Origin: Moniliella sp. 'wahieum'
Taxonomy: Eukaryota
Reading direction: 5' to 3'
Length of the DNA: 64,000 nucleotides
Assembly (NCBI GenBank): GCA_003971905.1
Contig: RSEE01000015.1
Location: 620,001-684,000, forward strand
In this document: positions 36,632 to 50,427 of the stretch, one piece after another
Layout: each line of letters opens with the position of its first letter
Position numbering within the stretch: the stretch's first letter is position 1
Made by a program: the position numbers and the translations under genes
The notes under the pieces: generated by a model
Told to the model about the DNA's origin: nothing
The model's database searches: none
Seen by the model: only the letters and a program-made list of their open reading frames with translations

Positions 36632-38192
36632 CTAGAGCAGGTCGAACACGTCCTTAGCCTTAGTGCTTCCCTGGGATGCGTTTCCTCCCCACACCGCATT
36701 GGCCGACTTGGTCGCCGCCAACTCGGCCATCGTCTTGGGCGCTTTGGAGACCGGCGCCGTTTTAGGCCGGCGGCAGCCCAGAGGCCATCAAATCCACCCG
36801 AGCTCGCAGTCTTCGCTCCCGGGGTCGACACTTGCGAGCCACCTGTTCCGGCCAGGGAGGAAGAGGAGGAAGCAAACGATCCACTCCGGCCCACCCCGAT
36901 TCCGGCCCTGGGCCCGTTGTCCGACCTCCACTTTGGCTCGGCGCCAAAAAGTCAAACATGGCGGCATTGGCCTTGGCTGGCTGCGCGGGCGCACGCGCGG
37001 CGCGGGCGCTGGGCTGGGCGACGGCGCCGCCGCTGGCGTCGGCACAGGAGACGCTACTGCCACCGGGGTTAGGGACGGAGCGCCCACAGACGGTGCTGCA
37101 GCGGCTGGCGTCGAGGAGGTAAAGTCCCCGAAATCGCCAAAGTCATCCAGCGGGCTCACAGCCTTGCCCTTTCCGCTGCTCGCTGTCTGAGCCGGGACAG
37201 GGGAAGCGGCAGCGGCAGGAGCGGGCGCAGGCGTCGACAGGGACACAGAAGGCGCCGGACGCAACGGCTTATCATCATCACTGTCATCCCAGTCCAAAAG
37301 GTCTGCAACCGCAGGAGTCGGCTGCTGCGGTGCCGGGGTAGCAGCGGCAGGTTGGTCGGCAGCAGCGGAGGAACTGGTTTGCCGTGCCGGCGCACGGCCA
37401 GCGGAGCGCGGAGCAGGCCGCTCATCCGCCCCGGCATCGTACTCGTCGTACTCGGCATCGTACGAAGACGCGCTTGCGTCTCCCCCGCCCGAGGCGGAGG
37501 TCTGGCCGCCCGAAAAGCCACCCGAGCCAAAGTATTGGTCGGATGAAAACCCAGCGAACCGACCGGCACCCGAGCCAGGAACAAAGTCACCACCGCCACC
37601 TCCTCCTCCAAACTTAGTCCGGTTGGCACGAGCTTTGCGCCGTTCGGCGCGGATCCGGTCCACATCCCCCAGTAGGTCGGCCAGCTCGGCTGCGCGGGTG
37701 CGGACGTTGACACCCACATCTTCGCCGTGTCCGGCTCAACGTAGTGGAAGTTGCGGAGGATCTTGATCGTAGAGACGTGCATCCGCGCATCGTCCACGAC
37801 CCGTTCGGCCCCATTTTTCACCAGGTACTCAAGAAGGACCAGTGCCTGAGCAAAGGGAGCGCCAGTTAGTTGAGCAAGCGGGTAAAACGAAGGGGCAAGA
37901 GTGTGCGCACCTTGTAAATTTCGCGCCATTCGTGCGCTTCCTTTTCCATGAAGCGGCGGAAGATGGCTTGCATGATCTCACCAAAGTCGGCATAGTTGTG
38001 GGTTGCTTGAGCAATCTCGTACATCAGCGTGGTGGAAGCACCCCATGGGTCCGAGTTGGTCGCCTCGTCAACCTTGGCCTCGATCTCCGAGACGTTCAAG
38101 GCGTAGTTGCGCGCCTGACGGTAGATGGACTTGACATCGTACACAGTCAGGTTGGAGAGCTTGTTCCCAATGCTATCCAGGTCCCAGTTCAT
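36632..38192 (-). CDS. ENT3: ENTH-domain epsin-like adaptor (Ent3/epsinR type)
   Basis: EAKVDEATNSDPWGAS...EWREIYK / ALVLLEYLVKNGAERVVDD; intron 37846..37910; DLLDWD and DDFGDF motifs; C-terminal DVFDLL*. Confidence 0.9.
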
Positions 38193-39941
38193 CGTGGCAG
38201 AGACCGAAGCGGTGGTGGATCGGCAGCAAGCGCCAGCGGCGAACTGTGTGGAGCTACACGCGCCAGCGAAGCCCCCTGCTAGCCAGCCAGCCAGTCAGCG
38301 TGCCTCAGGCAGGCCAGAGCAACACGTGGCACCACACTGTCCCTGTGCCCATCCCCCTGCTGCCACCGCCCTGCGCGGGCGCATTCTGACGTAATATGGA
38401 ATTACCTAAGGCACCTCAATCACCGCTGTTTTTTTTTCTTCCTGCTGGCTCAACCCAGTTTTGCATCGGTCCATGCCACCACCACCACCACCGGTCTACG
38501 CTCACTCCTGCCAACGGGCTCCGACCTAGTCCTCAAGTACTCGCGAAGAAAGAATGCACATATGGAACCAACCATGTGTTCGCGCCAAACGAGAGTAATA
38601 CCCCCCATATCCTGCTAACTCTTGCCAGAGAAACAGAATTGTTCCGTTCTTGCTAGTGGGCACTTTCGAAGCTCGCCCTGAGCTTCTCGTCTTCCTCCTT
38701 CCTTCCTCGCGTTGGGAGTCGACGGAGGACGGTCGAGGCCATGACGGGTCGGGTCAAAAAGTCGCCAAAGCACGCCTTGGATGCGAAGAGGACAACAAAG
38801 GTCGTGAATTGGTGCTTCTGCCCCAAGCTTTTTCACATCACCCAATGTCCCCACATTCATTCAACACGCGTTTCTTCCTCATACATTCAATCCAATATTC
38901 GTTTATTGATATTTCCTGCAAGTAGTCAGTACTCTGCTTTTACCCTGGTGGGTACACCGCCCCGCATCACACTGCCAACCTGAGATCTGACATCTGATAC
39001 CGGCTTTAAGCTTGATGAGCTTAACGGGGGGAGAGACACACATTACATCCTTTCAAATAGACGACGGGGGCAAGGACTGAGCCTCAACGCTCCGGCTGAC
39101 CTTGCATCGATCTCAGGCTGAGATGGTTATGGTTACCGCAAGTTGCAATGAAGCTGGACGCCCAGGAGCATGAATAACATCAGCTCTGTCGGCTACCGTA
39201 TGATCGCACTCTTGCACACACAGCGATAGGCACAACGCTGCTCAACATCTGCAGACATCCGAGCTGTAAGGCCGAGTGCTGGGGCTGGCGTTGACAACAC
39301 GGCGTTCAAGCTTCAAGCGCACAGACGCTCGGGGTTATTCCAGCCCTACGAGGCCCTACTACTGGTTATGGACAGCTACCGCCACCCGAGACGGTGACAA
39401 CCACAATGAGCCCATCGGGCTCCACTGCCGGGCTGCTGCGTGTAGCAGCCGCATCTGCGGGAGCCCATGCGCCACTGTCACAGAGCCGCATCAGCGCATC
39501 GGCGCATCTGAGCCCGCCTGCATCCGCGGAGAGAGAGCAGGCGCATGCAGTCCCGCGCATCGATGTTGCGCTAGGGTTGCCCGCACTTGCCCACTGTCAC
39601 CTCAAGCCTCAGGCTGCAAGCACCACGCATCACATGTCACACCTCACGCGTCAACACTTCCACCCGCGCGCTGACGGCGACCCCATCTGAGGCCAATCGT
39701 GTCTGGCTGAGAGGATGGATGATCTGCACAGTTGTGCTTGGCGGCAGACGGTCTTTTTACTGGCGCCGCTTCGCTAGCCTTTGTTTCCTGGCACCACCAA
39801 CCCCAACCACTTCGTATACGACCTGGCCAGGCTCGGACGCTTCTCCGCACCCTGTTCCTTCCTGACCCGCCCGCGCCCCCCTTTTTTACCGCCCTGGTTG
39901 GTCGCCCCATAGCGCTACCCCCCCTGAGCATCGACGCTGCG

Positions 39942-41041
39942 ATGGACGTTGTTCTTGAAGTTGCCGACGAGTACGCTCTCGACTCGTCTGGGCTTGGCTC
40001 CTACCGGCCTCGCCCAAGTCGCTCGTCTTTTCACACAGCACGGCGTTGCTCAAGTCGTTTGTGCGTGACACCCAGACTCAGGCGGCCTTGGCGTTGCCTC
40101 CGGCAGTGGCCAATGGTACATCAATCCTGTCACTCGGAGGCGAAACAGCACCCCCAGTGCTTGACAGCGCCTTGGACTGGGCCGCTTGTCGGGCCTAAGC
40201 GCTTTGCCGCGCTCCAACTTTGTTCGTCAATTCGTCTCGCTCTTCACAATCACCTACATTGGAATTCTGCTGCTCTACTTCAGTATGGCTGGCGCCAGTT
40301 ACCGCTGGATCTACAATAAGGACATGATGCGGCACCCGCGGTTTTTGGCAAACCAAGTCAGAAGGGAGATCAACTGTTCCCTCGCTGCCTTCCCCGTTCT
40401 GGATCTCCTCACTGTGCCTTGGTTCGTGGGCGAGGTGAACGGCTGCTCAAGAATGTACGCATCCATCAGTGAAGGGCCCTGGGCTGACAAGCCTTGGGAC
40501 TTGGGGGCTGGACGTACATTTTCTTCTCCGTTGGTTGGTTCCTTGTCTTTACCTTTTGCATTTATTGGGTGCACCGCCTGGAGCATCACCCGCTGCTTTA
40601 CAAGCACGTGCACAAGCCTCATCACAAGTGGATCGTACCGACCCCGTTTGCTTCCCATGCGTTCCACCCTTTGGATGGATACGCCCAATCGCTTCCGTAC
40701 CACATTTTCGTCTACCTTTTTCCGTTGCACAAGTTGCTTTACATTGGCCTCTTTGGCTTTGTCAACATGTGGAGCATCTTGATCCACGACAGTGACATGA
40801 TCACCAACACCCCCTTTGAGAAGGTCATCAACGGCCCTGCTCACCACACCCTTCACCACATTACTTTACCGTCAACTATGGCCAGTACTTTACTGGGTTT
40901 GACCGTCTCGGGGGCTCGTACCGCCAGCCAATGGAAAAGGACGACCCGCTGCTCCAGGTGGCCAAGTCCAAGTTCCGCTCGGCCCCGGTAGCGGACAACA
41001 TTCCAGACTCGGCGATTGAGAAGGATGAGAAGAAGGAATGA
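39942..41041 (+). CDS. ERG3: C-5 sterol desaturase
   Basis: MDVVLEVADEY start, MMRHPRFLANQVRREI, His boxes HRLEH, HKPHH and HHTLHH, plus TPFASHAFHPLDG. Confidence 0.95.
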
Positions 41042-42233
41042 TGGCCAGTTCCTCTGCTTCTCTGCGAGGGCTGTGGGTTATGCATCATGCATTCCACTCA
41101 CTCTGATTGGGGGCCTGGCAAGAAGCAAGATACCACTTGCACTGACTCCCAATGCATGTTCTGTGCACGTTCTTCCGCTCTCTGCTTGTTTCGTTGGCAT
41201 TCTCTTCCCATGATCATGACATGAATCTCAGCTACGCCGGGTTCCATTAGAAGTGCCTTATTTTGCTCAGCTCCCCCAGGCCAGTAGCCTTTCCCTTTGG
41301 GCATGTGGTAGTTGGTACGCTACGACAAAGGGAAAGATGTGGATCTGGTGGATTCAAGCAGAGCAACTCTGGATCAGGGCGAGGCCTTCATGCTACAGTC
41401 CCGAACCTATGCATGGGGTTGAAAAAATGCACAGGCACGTTCGAACATGTCTCTCTTCAGCAGGGAAGAAGAAGAAGCTTGAATGGAGGGCATAGATGGC
41501 ACAGAGTTGAATGTACAGAGAGGATGAGTCAGTGCAGGCTTTAGGTTGTGAATGACGCTTTGGGAAGTAGTTGAGGAGAGTCCAACGACGATGAAGAGTT
41601 AGTTGGCAGATTGGTCGACCCAAGTCTCGGCTGTGGCTCTTTTATTAGTTGGGTTTATGCGGGCTAAGGGAACAACTGTGGAGAACGAACAGCCCACATA
41701 CACCAAGCTCAAAGCTACTACCAACGCGCTTTGGTAAAGCGTCCCAAGTCCTCTTTACGCTATACTCACGAAACAAGGCGTCCCCGCTGTTTTTTTTTCT
41801 CGAAAAGCGGATCCCTTTGCTCGGCCTTTGCTACCTTATCCTCAAGTTCATCATGCCTGTCGACCTGGACCATTGAATGCAGGACATCTATAATGTTTGG
41901 TCACATTGTCTTGGTTGGCGTGCCACTGCTTTGTCTGGACTTGGTGACCGGCGCGTGCCCTAAATCAAGAACCAAGCTACCCTCAGTGTGGCGGCGGGAA
42001 CCACCGTGTCTGGTCAACATTCGCAATGCGTCCGACGCAAAGCGCCAAACGTCTTTACACGGCCTGGTTGAAGGGAAATATACATCATCAACTCGTTCAA
42101 TGTTTCGACGATACACTATGGAAGTAGCGCGTTGGTTTACCTCGGCATGCCTAGTGTTTGTCAAACTGCCTAGTCCTCACTACACAAGCAGAGGCAGAAG
42201 GATTAGTATGTAGTTCCGAAACAAGGCAACCCT

Positions 42234-43960
42234 TTAGGCAGCCATGCCTTCGGGCGCACCCCCCATATCTTGAACCGCCGGCTGTCCTCCCCTGCCGCCG
42301 CCAGGCCGGCGGGCTGAAACGACATCATCAACACGCAACAGCAGCGACGCCGACTCAATCGCCGTTTTGAGCGTCTGAATCTTGACTGCCGCCGACTCGT
42401 AAAGGCCATACTCCTTCATGTCAACGATCTTACCCGTGTCGCCATCGATGCCGAAGGACGAATCACCATTGGCGTGCTTCGCGCGCAGCTCGGTCAAGAC
42501 GCGCAGCGCGTTGCCGCCACAGTTCTGGGTGAGGGTGCGGGGAATAACCTCCATCGCCCCAGCCACGGCCTGGATCGGACCTTCTTCAACTCCGCCCACA
42601 GAGCGAGCAAACTCACCGAGGCCAATGCTGACCGCCATCTCGGTTGCACCACCACCGGGGGCGAGAGCAGGATTGAAGACCACGTTGCGAGCAACACTCA
42701 TCGCATCGGCGAGGTTACGGTCCACCTCGTTGAGAATGTCCTTGCTGGGTCCACGAAGGAGGATAGTGCAAGCCTTAGGCTCGCGGCACTTTTCCAAGTA
42801 GGTGAAGTATTCATCGCCCAGCTTTTCAATGTGGAACAAGCCGCACTTGGTTCCCACGTCATTTTCCTTGAGATCTCAATCCGGTTGACAATGGTCGCGC
42901 CCGTCGCACGAGCAATGCGGTTGTTGTCCGACTTGCGCACACGACGAAGAGCAGTAATGCCTGCCTTCATGAAGAAGTGCTGGGCCAGGTCCGAAACACC
43001 CTTCTCGGTGATGATCAAGTCCGGCTTGAAAGCAATGAGCTTGTCGGCCATGCTCTTGATCTGCTCCTCCTCGATCTGGAGAATTTTCTCCCAGTCCGAT
43101 TCCTTGGTAATCTCAATGTTGGTTTGACTCTCCCCTTCTTGTACTCAAGCGCACAGTCCAAGAGGATGATCCGGGGGTTCTCGATCCGCCTGCGCATTTT
43201 GGGGTGAGTGACATCCTTGTTGATCATTACGCCGTCCAACACGCGAGACTCCTCAATCTCACCACCAGGGACCTTCTCGACGCGGGCGTAGCGCTTAATG
43301 TCGACGGTCAGGCCAGCGCCACTGGGATCATTGTCGGACACAGTGCGGACCGCCTTGAGTGCCAGGTTGCACATCAAGTCCGACCACCGGTTAACAAACT
43401 TGGTCCCGATAGACGTCTTGATGAGCGCCAGCATCTCCTTGTCGTCATCGACCTTGACCGGGACTGAGATGGAATCAATGATGCGAAGTGCCTCGGCAAG
43501 TGCCTTTTTATAGGCCGAGATGATGACAACGGGGTGAAGACCGCGCACCAAGTGAGGCAGAGATTGGGCCAAAATTCGCCGGCTAGAGACAAGGATGGGG
43601 GGTCAGCAACCTGCAATTGGGGAGGAATGGAACGAGCACAGGGAAACGTGACGCACCGAGAATGATGACCGAGGTCGTGCCGTCGCCTACCTCCTCATCT
43701 TGGGTCCTGCTGAGCTCGATCATGCTTTTGGCAGCCGGGTGGGCAACCTCGATTTCACGGAGAATAGCGTTGCCGTCGTTGGTGAGCAGGATGCCGCCCA
43801 TGGGGTCAAGGATCATCTTGAGCATGGCCTTGGGGCCAAGGCAGGTGCGGATCACATCCGCCACCGTCTTGGCGGCCTGGATGTTGCTGATCTGGGCCTT
43901 GCGGCCGTGCTGCCGCTCGGGGCCCGTGTTCATGACGAACACCTGCTGCTGGCCAGACAT
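42234..43960 (-). CDS. CCT3: Chaperonin CCT/TRiC subunit gamma
   Basis: GRKAQISNIQAAKTVADVIRTCLGPKAMLKM, VGDGTTSV, DIKRYARVEKVPGG, KACTILLRGPSKD; intron 43583..43656. Confidence 0.97.
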
Positions 43961-44335
43961 GTTGGGGGCAGGAGAGGTGAAGGGGGCGGCCGAGAGGGTG
44001 GTGGAGGCAGGCAGCGCTGGGTCGGGGGGCTTGGCCGAGGGGGCGCGTTCGTGTTCGTGGGCCAGGCGCCGCACACTGGCGCGGTGCAGCGGGAAGAAGA
44101 TGTTCTGCCATGCTCCGCGCTCGCCACAAGTGCAATTGAAACTTTCGGCCCGCTTCGACCGGCCATGGGACCCATCACCGGTCGCCCTGACCCGCCTCAT
44201 CCATTGATCACGTGACACCAACCCTGGCTTGGCTTCAACCCTACCGCCGGTCCATGGCTGCGCCGCGCTTCGGATGCGTCACGCGTGGTGTTGCTGGCTA
44301 TCGGAGGATGCGCCAATGGAGAGCTACAAGATCGC

Positions 44336-47300
44336 TTACCAGCGCAACGACAGCACCTTGTGACGCACCGGCCGCGTGGCCACCAGTACATCCAGCGACA
44401 GCGCCCCAATGGTGGGCAGCAGCTGCGCCTTGTTGAACGCCGCCGAGAGAAGATCAAACGTCCGCTCGGGGCCACGCGCGTGACGAAGGTATCCAGCCCA
44501 GCCGCCCAGACCAATGCATAACTCTCTAGCCGTGCCTGCCCGAACGTCAGCCGCCCTGTCCGCTGGACCTGGTGGATGTGCGACACCATCCATTGCGCCC
44601 ATATGGCGTGCATCGTCCATTGCGCCTGCACAGGCAGAGGTGTGACCCGTCGCACGGCAAAAGGCCATCCTCGCTGGGCGTTTGCTTCGTCTTGGGATCC
44701 GCGTTAAGCGGGACAATGGGACGGCGCGGATCGACCCAGCTGCGCGGAATCGAGATCACACGCCCCGCGCGAGTGGTGAGCATCAATGCTTTGTTGGTAA
44801 TTCCAAAGTGCGTCGAGGTTACCCCCACGGCCAAGGGGGCTGAAGTCCAAGGAAGAGGGAATGTTTGCTGGAATGCCAAGACGCCTGCGGCCGAAACTTG
44901 GCGAGTGCGGTCCGTCGATCCTTCCGTAGCGCTGCCATCCTCCTCCTCCTTCGCCACAGCAGGCAGAAATGAAGAGCGGTTCGTCCCACTCGTCTCCCAC
45001 AGCAGACGAACGTCGCTTCCATCCACATCGTTATACAGCTCAAAGCTGGCTACACGTGGGTGCACATCCGGAACCAGCTGGCTCGCATCGTCCGCATTTG
45101 CTGTAGGCGGTGGCGAGGCAAAGTACACCACGGTGCCCCAATTCTCCGTCCATGAGCCCAAAAGTGGAGTCGTGTCCGACACCAGAGCATCAGGAAGATG
45201 CAATGCGTTCAACACCCGCCCACTTACCGCATCGACCACAAGCGCGCGAGCACCTCGGCCTGCGGCCACAGTTCAGTGAGTGAGAACGAGGTATGCATGG
45301 GGGTTGAGAAGCTTGTAAAGTGATCCGCGGTCCGACTTAACCTTTCCCTGGTTCGCCACTGTGTGCGACGCCAGGTCGGGGGGAAGGATGCTGTGCACCT
45401 TCTCCCCCTCGGGCAAGGGAATCGTCCAGGACTGTTCCGTCGCTCCATTTTTCGAGATAAGAGTGTACCCGCGGAGCTCGGTGCCCTTGTAAGGAAGCAA
45501 AAAGTACATGCCGGGGCCCTCTACGATCGATTGCAGCTCTTCGTGCGAAGAGGCGGTTGGGGGAAAGACATGTACTTGAGACGTCGAGTCAAGTACAGCC
45601 AGGGTGTGGGCAGGCTTGGACTGGTGCTTCCACCAGGTAGGGTCCACCAGCGCACGAGCGTCCGGAGGGAGAATAAACGCATCGGCCGCAGGGCCAATCA
45701 CCACAACGAGGCCCGCCGACGATGAATCAGAGTCACTAACCTCCACGTTAGGAGGTGGGACGGATCGACCAGTAAGGGCGTCCAGATGTCATACCCGAGT
45801 GATAGTTGGCTCCTCGGGGGTCATTTGGATGTCGGCAACAACAGCCACAGTAGTTGTTGGGTGAAGGTCCGAACCAGATGCCTCGGCCTGTGCCTCAGAC
45901 ATGGCCCCGGAATTGGTCGCAGACGTAGCCAGGGAAAATACCCTTGACAGTTAAGAGCGGCTCTGCCTCGCCTTCGCCTTGTTCGAACCCCATCAGAGAC
46001 TTTCCCACAAGAACCGGCCGCGGAGCGCACTGAGCTGAGCATATATCTTGCCCCGTTTGGTGACGGTAACAAGAACTTTGTTGAAGCCAAAGGGATCCGG
46101 TGTTTCATGCAAGCCCACGTCAATCAATTGAGTTTTATTGAGCGAGCGTGGGGCAACTGTGTGAGGGTTGGGCCCTCGGGCCGGGCTCAATTCCTCCAGA
46201 GGCCGCTGCCGCTCCGGTTCGACGGACGAGTCGGCCGACATAGGCGCAATGGCGTCCGGCGTCGCCATGCGCTCAAGCCAAGAGCGCAAGTACTCCGTAA
46301 GATGGGCAGTGAGGTGAATATAGCGAACCAAGCGTTCAAAGAACGACTCGCGCGTAAGAACGTGGAGTGCCGTAGGGGGAGTAAAAGGAGGAATGTCTAC
46401 GATCACTTGGGCGGCTGGTTCAGTCAAACCCTCCTCCCGGGCCCACATGAGCTTGTCCTCTTGAACCATGTGCACACTTCCCGAAGAAGTCACAGCAGTA
46501 AAGCGCATCTTCAACTGGTACTACCCACGTGGAACTACCTCAGCAGGTGCAGCAAGAACGGCACCTTGGGCATCGTGATCCCACCCAAAGCTGTAGCCCG
46601 TAATTTGACCTTGGCCTTGGAACGGCTGGGACCAAAGTGGTGTAGTTGAGCTGGCTTTGAAAGCGGGAGAAGTAGAGGCGGTGCACATATGGTGCACCCG
46701 TGCGGTCAACCAAAGACGAGTAGATGGCATCGTTTGCATGCTCTTCCAACTCCCAGCTTTTGTGGTTGCCTTTAGTTCCCTTGGAGTTGAGACGGTACAC
46801 CTCACCTCGTCCATCAGAGCTGCACGGCCACCATACCATGAGTGCCGGCAGGTCCGACTTCAAATGACGCACGAACTGGGCACTCGAGTCGAGGCAATAG
46901 ACAGAGTCGACGGTAGGTGCTGCTGAAGATGCTTCAGAAGGATCCGTGGCAAGGTATACGATACGAAACGACCCGTCCTTCGAAATCCAGACCACCTCGG
47001 CATCAGAGCCGTGTGGACAATTGCCAAATCGGGGACCACGGGTAACAGGAGGCCCCTTGAGAGGCTGCGATGCAAGCAGCTCACCACAGAAAGGGTGAAC
47101 GTGTACAGCCCCACACTATCCTGTTTCTTACCGGGCGCGATTGAGAGGGATAGAGCGTGAATGATGCGCTCGGCACCGTGGCCGGCGATGGTTAGACGAA
47201 CGAAGTGGTCCTGATGTTGATTCTCGATCGGACTGGAGACCCATACAATTCGGCCCGAGCTAGAGTGGAGACGAACGATAGTGTTACCGAGCACGACTAC

Positions 47301-47751
47301 CACTTGTGCCCTCGAGAAGGTAGCATCTACATGCGGAAAGCCTTGTGCGGACCACGGGTTGGTGTGGTCGATCGGGTGAGTATACTCCCAGTAAGCCATC
47401 CAGTGTAGGCATGGAAAAGGCGGACGACGTAGTGAGCGTGTTGGGTGCGGGAGATGGCAAGCGTAATGTCCTGCCAGGTGTAGAAAGCAATCAGTGTGTG
47501 CTGGTTCGAAGATGTGGCGCCAAACTAGAGCGCAAGAAGCAGACAGTTAGTAGGTATGAAACCAAGGGAAATACCGAATGGGAGTGCGTACCAATATCAC
47601 CATTACGGGTTGAGTGCGGCACAAGAACATTCTGCTCGGTGGCCACATACACGGCCGTGCGGGCAGGCTCGTTAGCGTTCGCAGCGCGAGGCAGGATGCG
47701 GTGGAAGCGGGGTGTGAGGTATTGGCGGCGGGGGGAAGGACCCGGAGACAT
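44336..47751 (-). CDS. EMC1: ER membrane protein complex subunit 1
   Basis: DPFGFNKVLVTVTKRGKIYA, DRGSLYKLLNPH, TSTHFGITNK, DPRRP, LESYALVWAAG.D.F.TRVAPS..FDLLS..FNK and terminal LSLRW; 5' intron near 47524..47587; start uncertain. Confidence 0.88.
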
Positions 47752-48104
47752 TGATGAGTCAGCGCATGGAGAGATGGAGGTTAAGGTGTTGTGGGGCTCG
47801 TGCCGGGCGTGGCTGCGTGGGCTTGGCCCTGGACGGACTGGGGGGGCCTGGACTTAGGCTCAACGGGGCATTCGAGGTGGCCAGGGCCTCCCTTCTGGCG
47901 ATTACGACGGGGGCGGGTCTTGTCTGCCCCGTCGGGGTGGCTAATGGTTGCACCAATTGGGGCAGGCTATCAGTCGATCTGAGTCTTCAACTGAAGACTG
48001 AGGCTTGCAATTTGAACGCTTGAAGCTGAACTTCAGCGCCTGCCATCCTGCTTTGCCTGGCGCCCGAACACGTGCCACGCGGCCCCACCATCCCCTCCGG
48101 TCCC

Positions 48105-49070
48105 ATGTCCGACACGTCCACTCCCGCGCCGGCATTGCCGTTACGCCGCCACCCAGCAGCGCGTAGTCCCCAGAGTGTACGTGCCGACGGCTCCGTGCGC
48201 CGCGAACGCAAAGTCAGCCAGGCTACACCCTGTTGAAGACGTCCCCCGCTTCCGCTCCCAACGCGTCGAGCCAAGAAGGCCCAGACCAACGCTCCCCGAG
48301 GCAACGCTGTGCGAGTAGCTCTCGGTCTTGAACATCCCGCCCCACCATCCTCGTCATCCTCCGAACCCTCTTCTTCACCCCGACGCCAAGGCCATGTGCC
48401 TTTACCTAACACGCGTGCCGACATGGCTTCCCGATGGGAGCATGATGCCTACTCCGACCGACCTCCGTCATCATTCTCCTCGCGTTACGCTCCGTCTCCG
48501 CTATCGTCTCCAGCTAAAACCCGCCGACAAACTGAACTCCTCTCCTGAAAAGAATGACAAGAACCGAACCCCTCAAAAGGGCGCCACATCCCATGCGCCG
48601 CGCTCTCCCGCAAAAACGCCAGGGTCAGCCGGATCGAAGTACGCTCCGCCTGTACGAGAGGAGGTCGCACCATCACCTCTCCGTCCCTCCCGGAAACGTA
48701 CCGAGTCTGCATCAGCGCGTAGGCCGCAACCCCCTAATCGCGGGCGGGGAAGCGTGGGGGACATGGCAAGCATGACTCCTCTGGGGCGGTGTCATCCCCG
48801 CGTTCACCGGAAAAGCCCCTGGCCGCACCTCTTCCATCCAACACGCCCGTTCCTCCTTCAGCTCCGTCTTCTACTGCCCAGCTGTCCCTATCGCTCAGCG
48901 AGTGGGCTAATGAGTGGTTGATTGGGCGGATGATGATGAAGACGATCTCTTTACTTCGTCCGATTTCACCATGCCGGGAGTGTCGGGCTCGATCCATACC
49001 TTCCCGTCTTCCAAGCAACCAAGGACAGCAGCGACGCGGATGGGCTGAGCCAAGCCCTGGGGAAGTTAAA
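48105..49070 (+). CDS. PYM1: Pym/WIBG-like protein (Mago-Y14 binding N-terminal domain) with low-complexity tail
   Basis: Stitched reading P.SVRADGSVRRERKV.PGYTPVEDVPRFR at ~48165..48255 resembles the Mago-bind motif; 3' end approximate. Confidence 0.75.
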
Positions 49071-50427
49071 CGTGACTTAGCTCACACTGTATCATTAGCC
49101 CCTGCTTTTCATGCCCATCAAAATTGTCTTGGCATGCTTTCTGGCGAGCTCAACCATATTCGCTGTGATCTATCGCACTTGTATACTTGGAAATATGCTG
49201 GTCTTTACGATATACTTAACCCACGGGATGCACGCCTACTTACACGCGCGTCAGTGGAAAGTATGTGTGCTTCGCACAACTGGCACTGGGTTACCGGCCA
49301 CATGCTCATACACGCAATAACCAAAGCATTAGTATCAGGTTGGATCGGGTGGTAGAGGTTTCGATTCGGCTCTGCTGGAGGTAGAAGGTGGGGATAAGAA
49401 GGGGGGCACATAATTCCTGATTTGCTCAAGTAGAGTGACGGTGACAAACACTCGTTCCATGTTAGGCTCAAACCCGACCTCCCAAAACACAAAACTGATC
49501 GCTATACCTGAAGCTAGGCCATCACTCTCCTCGTTTCCGGGAATGGAAAGCACACTGGGCTAACAGTCGTTGCGTTCTAGCCACTCTTGAGATCATGGAA
49601 TGATCCATATCACCATCCACAGAGCCTAGGCTGGGAGCAAGAAACGCAGCGCATATTTGTTCGCTCATCCGGCGTGTTCTACTCGTAAAGCATGGAGTCG
49701 CCGGCACGTCAGGGCCTTCTAGGTCCCAACTCGCTTACAAAGCGAATCAACGCGTGTGTGGATACAAAACAAGCATGATATTAAGCATGTGAGGGATGGG
49801 CCATCTTCACTAAGACCCTTGGTGAAAGGCACTTGTAGTGCTCAAAGATCTTGTTGGCCGTCTTGGGGGCATAGTATTACTCCCAGCCCGTCATGGTCAG
49901 GGGCAAGAAGGGAGACTCTTTAGTACGTCTCAGTGGTATACTTCGCATTCTTATCGCGTTCCGCTTGCTCCAACCGTCGAAACAATCCTCCGTCTCCCGG
50001 ACTTCCAAAGGGGTTGCGATTCAGTGTATCAAATACCGGTACGCAGCCATAGCCTCTTTTGTGACCGAATATCTCAGGGTGTGGCCCTCCTTTCCTGATC
50101 CACCAAACGCTTCTGGTTCCAGGACTCGGGGAGTACTTTTTGGAATCTCAACCAATATGTGCTGTGTGTATATGGTATTTCGTTCATGGATCGTTCGACA
50201 ACTGTCATAGTGTTGAAAGCATTGCTACTAAGGCAGGCACATGCGGCACAAGAGGACTGAGACAAGAAGATTAAGGAGGTACCTAAACAGGAAGCGAAGA
50301 GTGAGTAAGAGGCATATGTATATACACCGGAGTCAGGAAGACGTAAAAACAACAGTATACTAAAGGAGGCCGGTTGCAAAAGCCTAACAGAATGGGGAAG
50401 AGCGGATCGGGGAGGTGAGGGAGGTAG

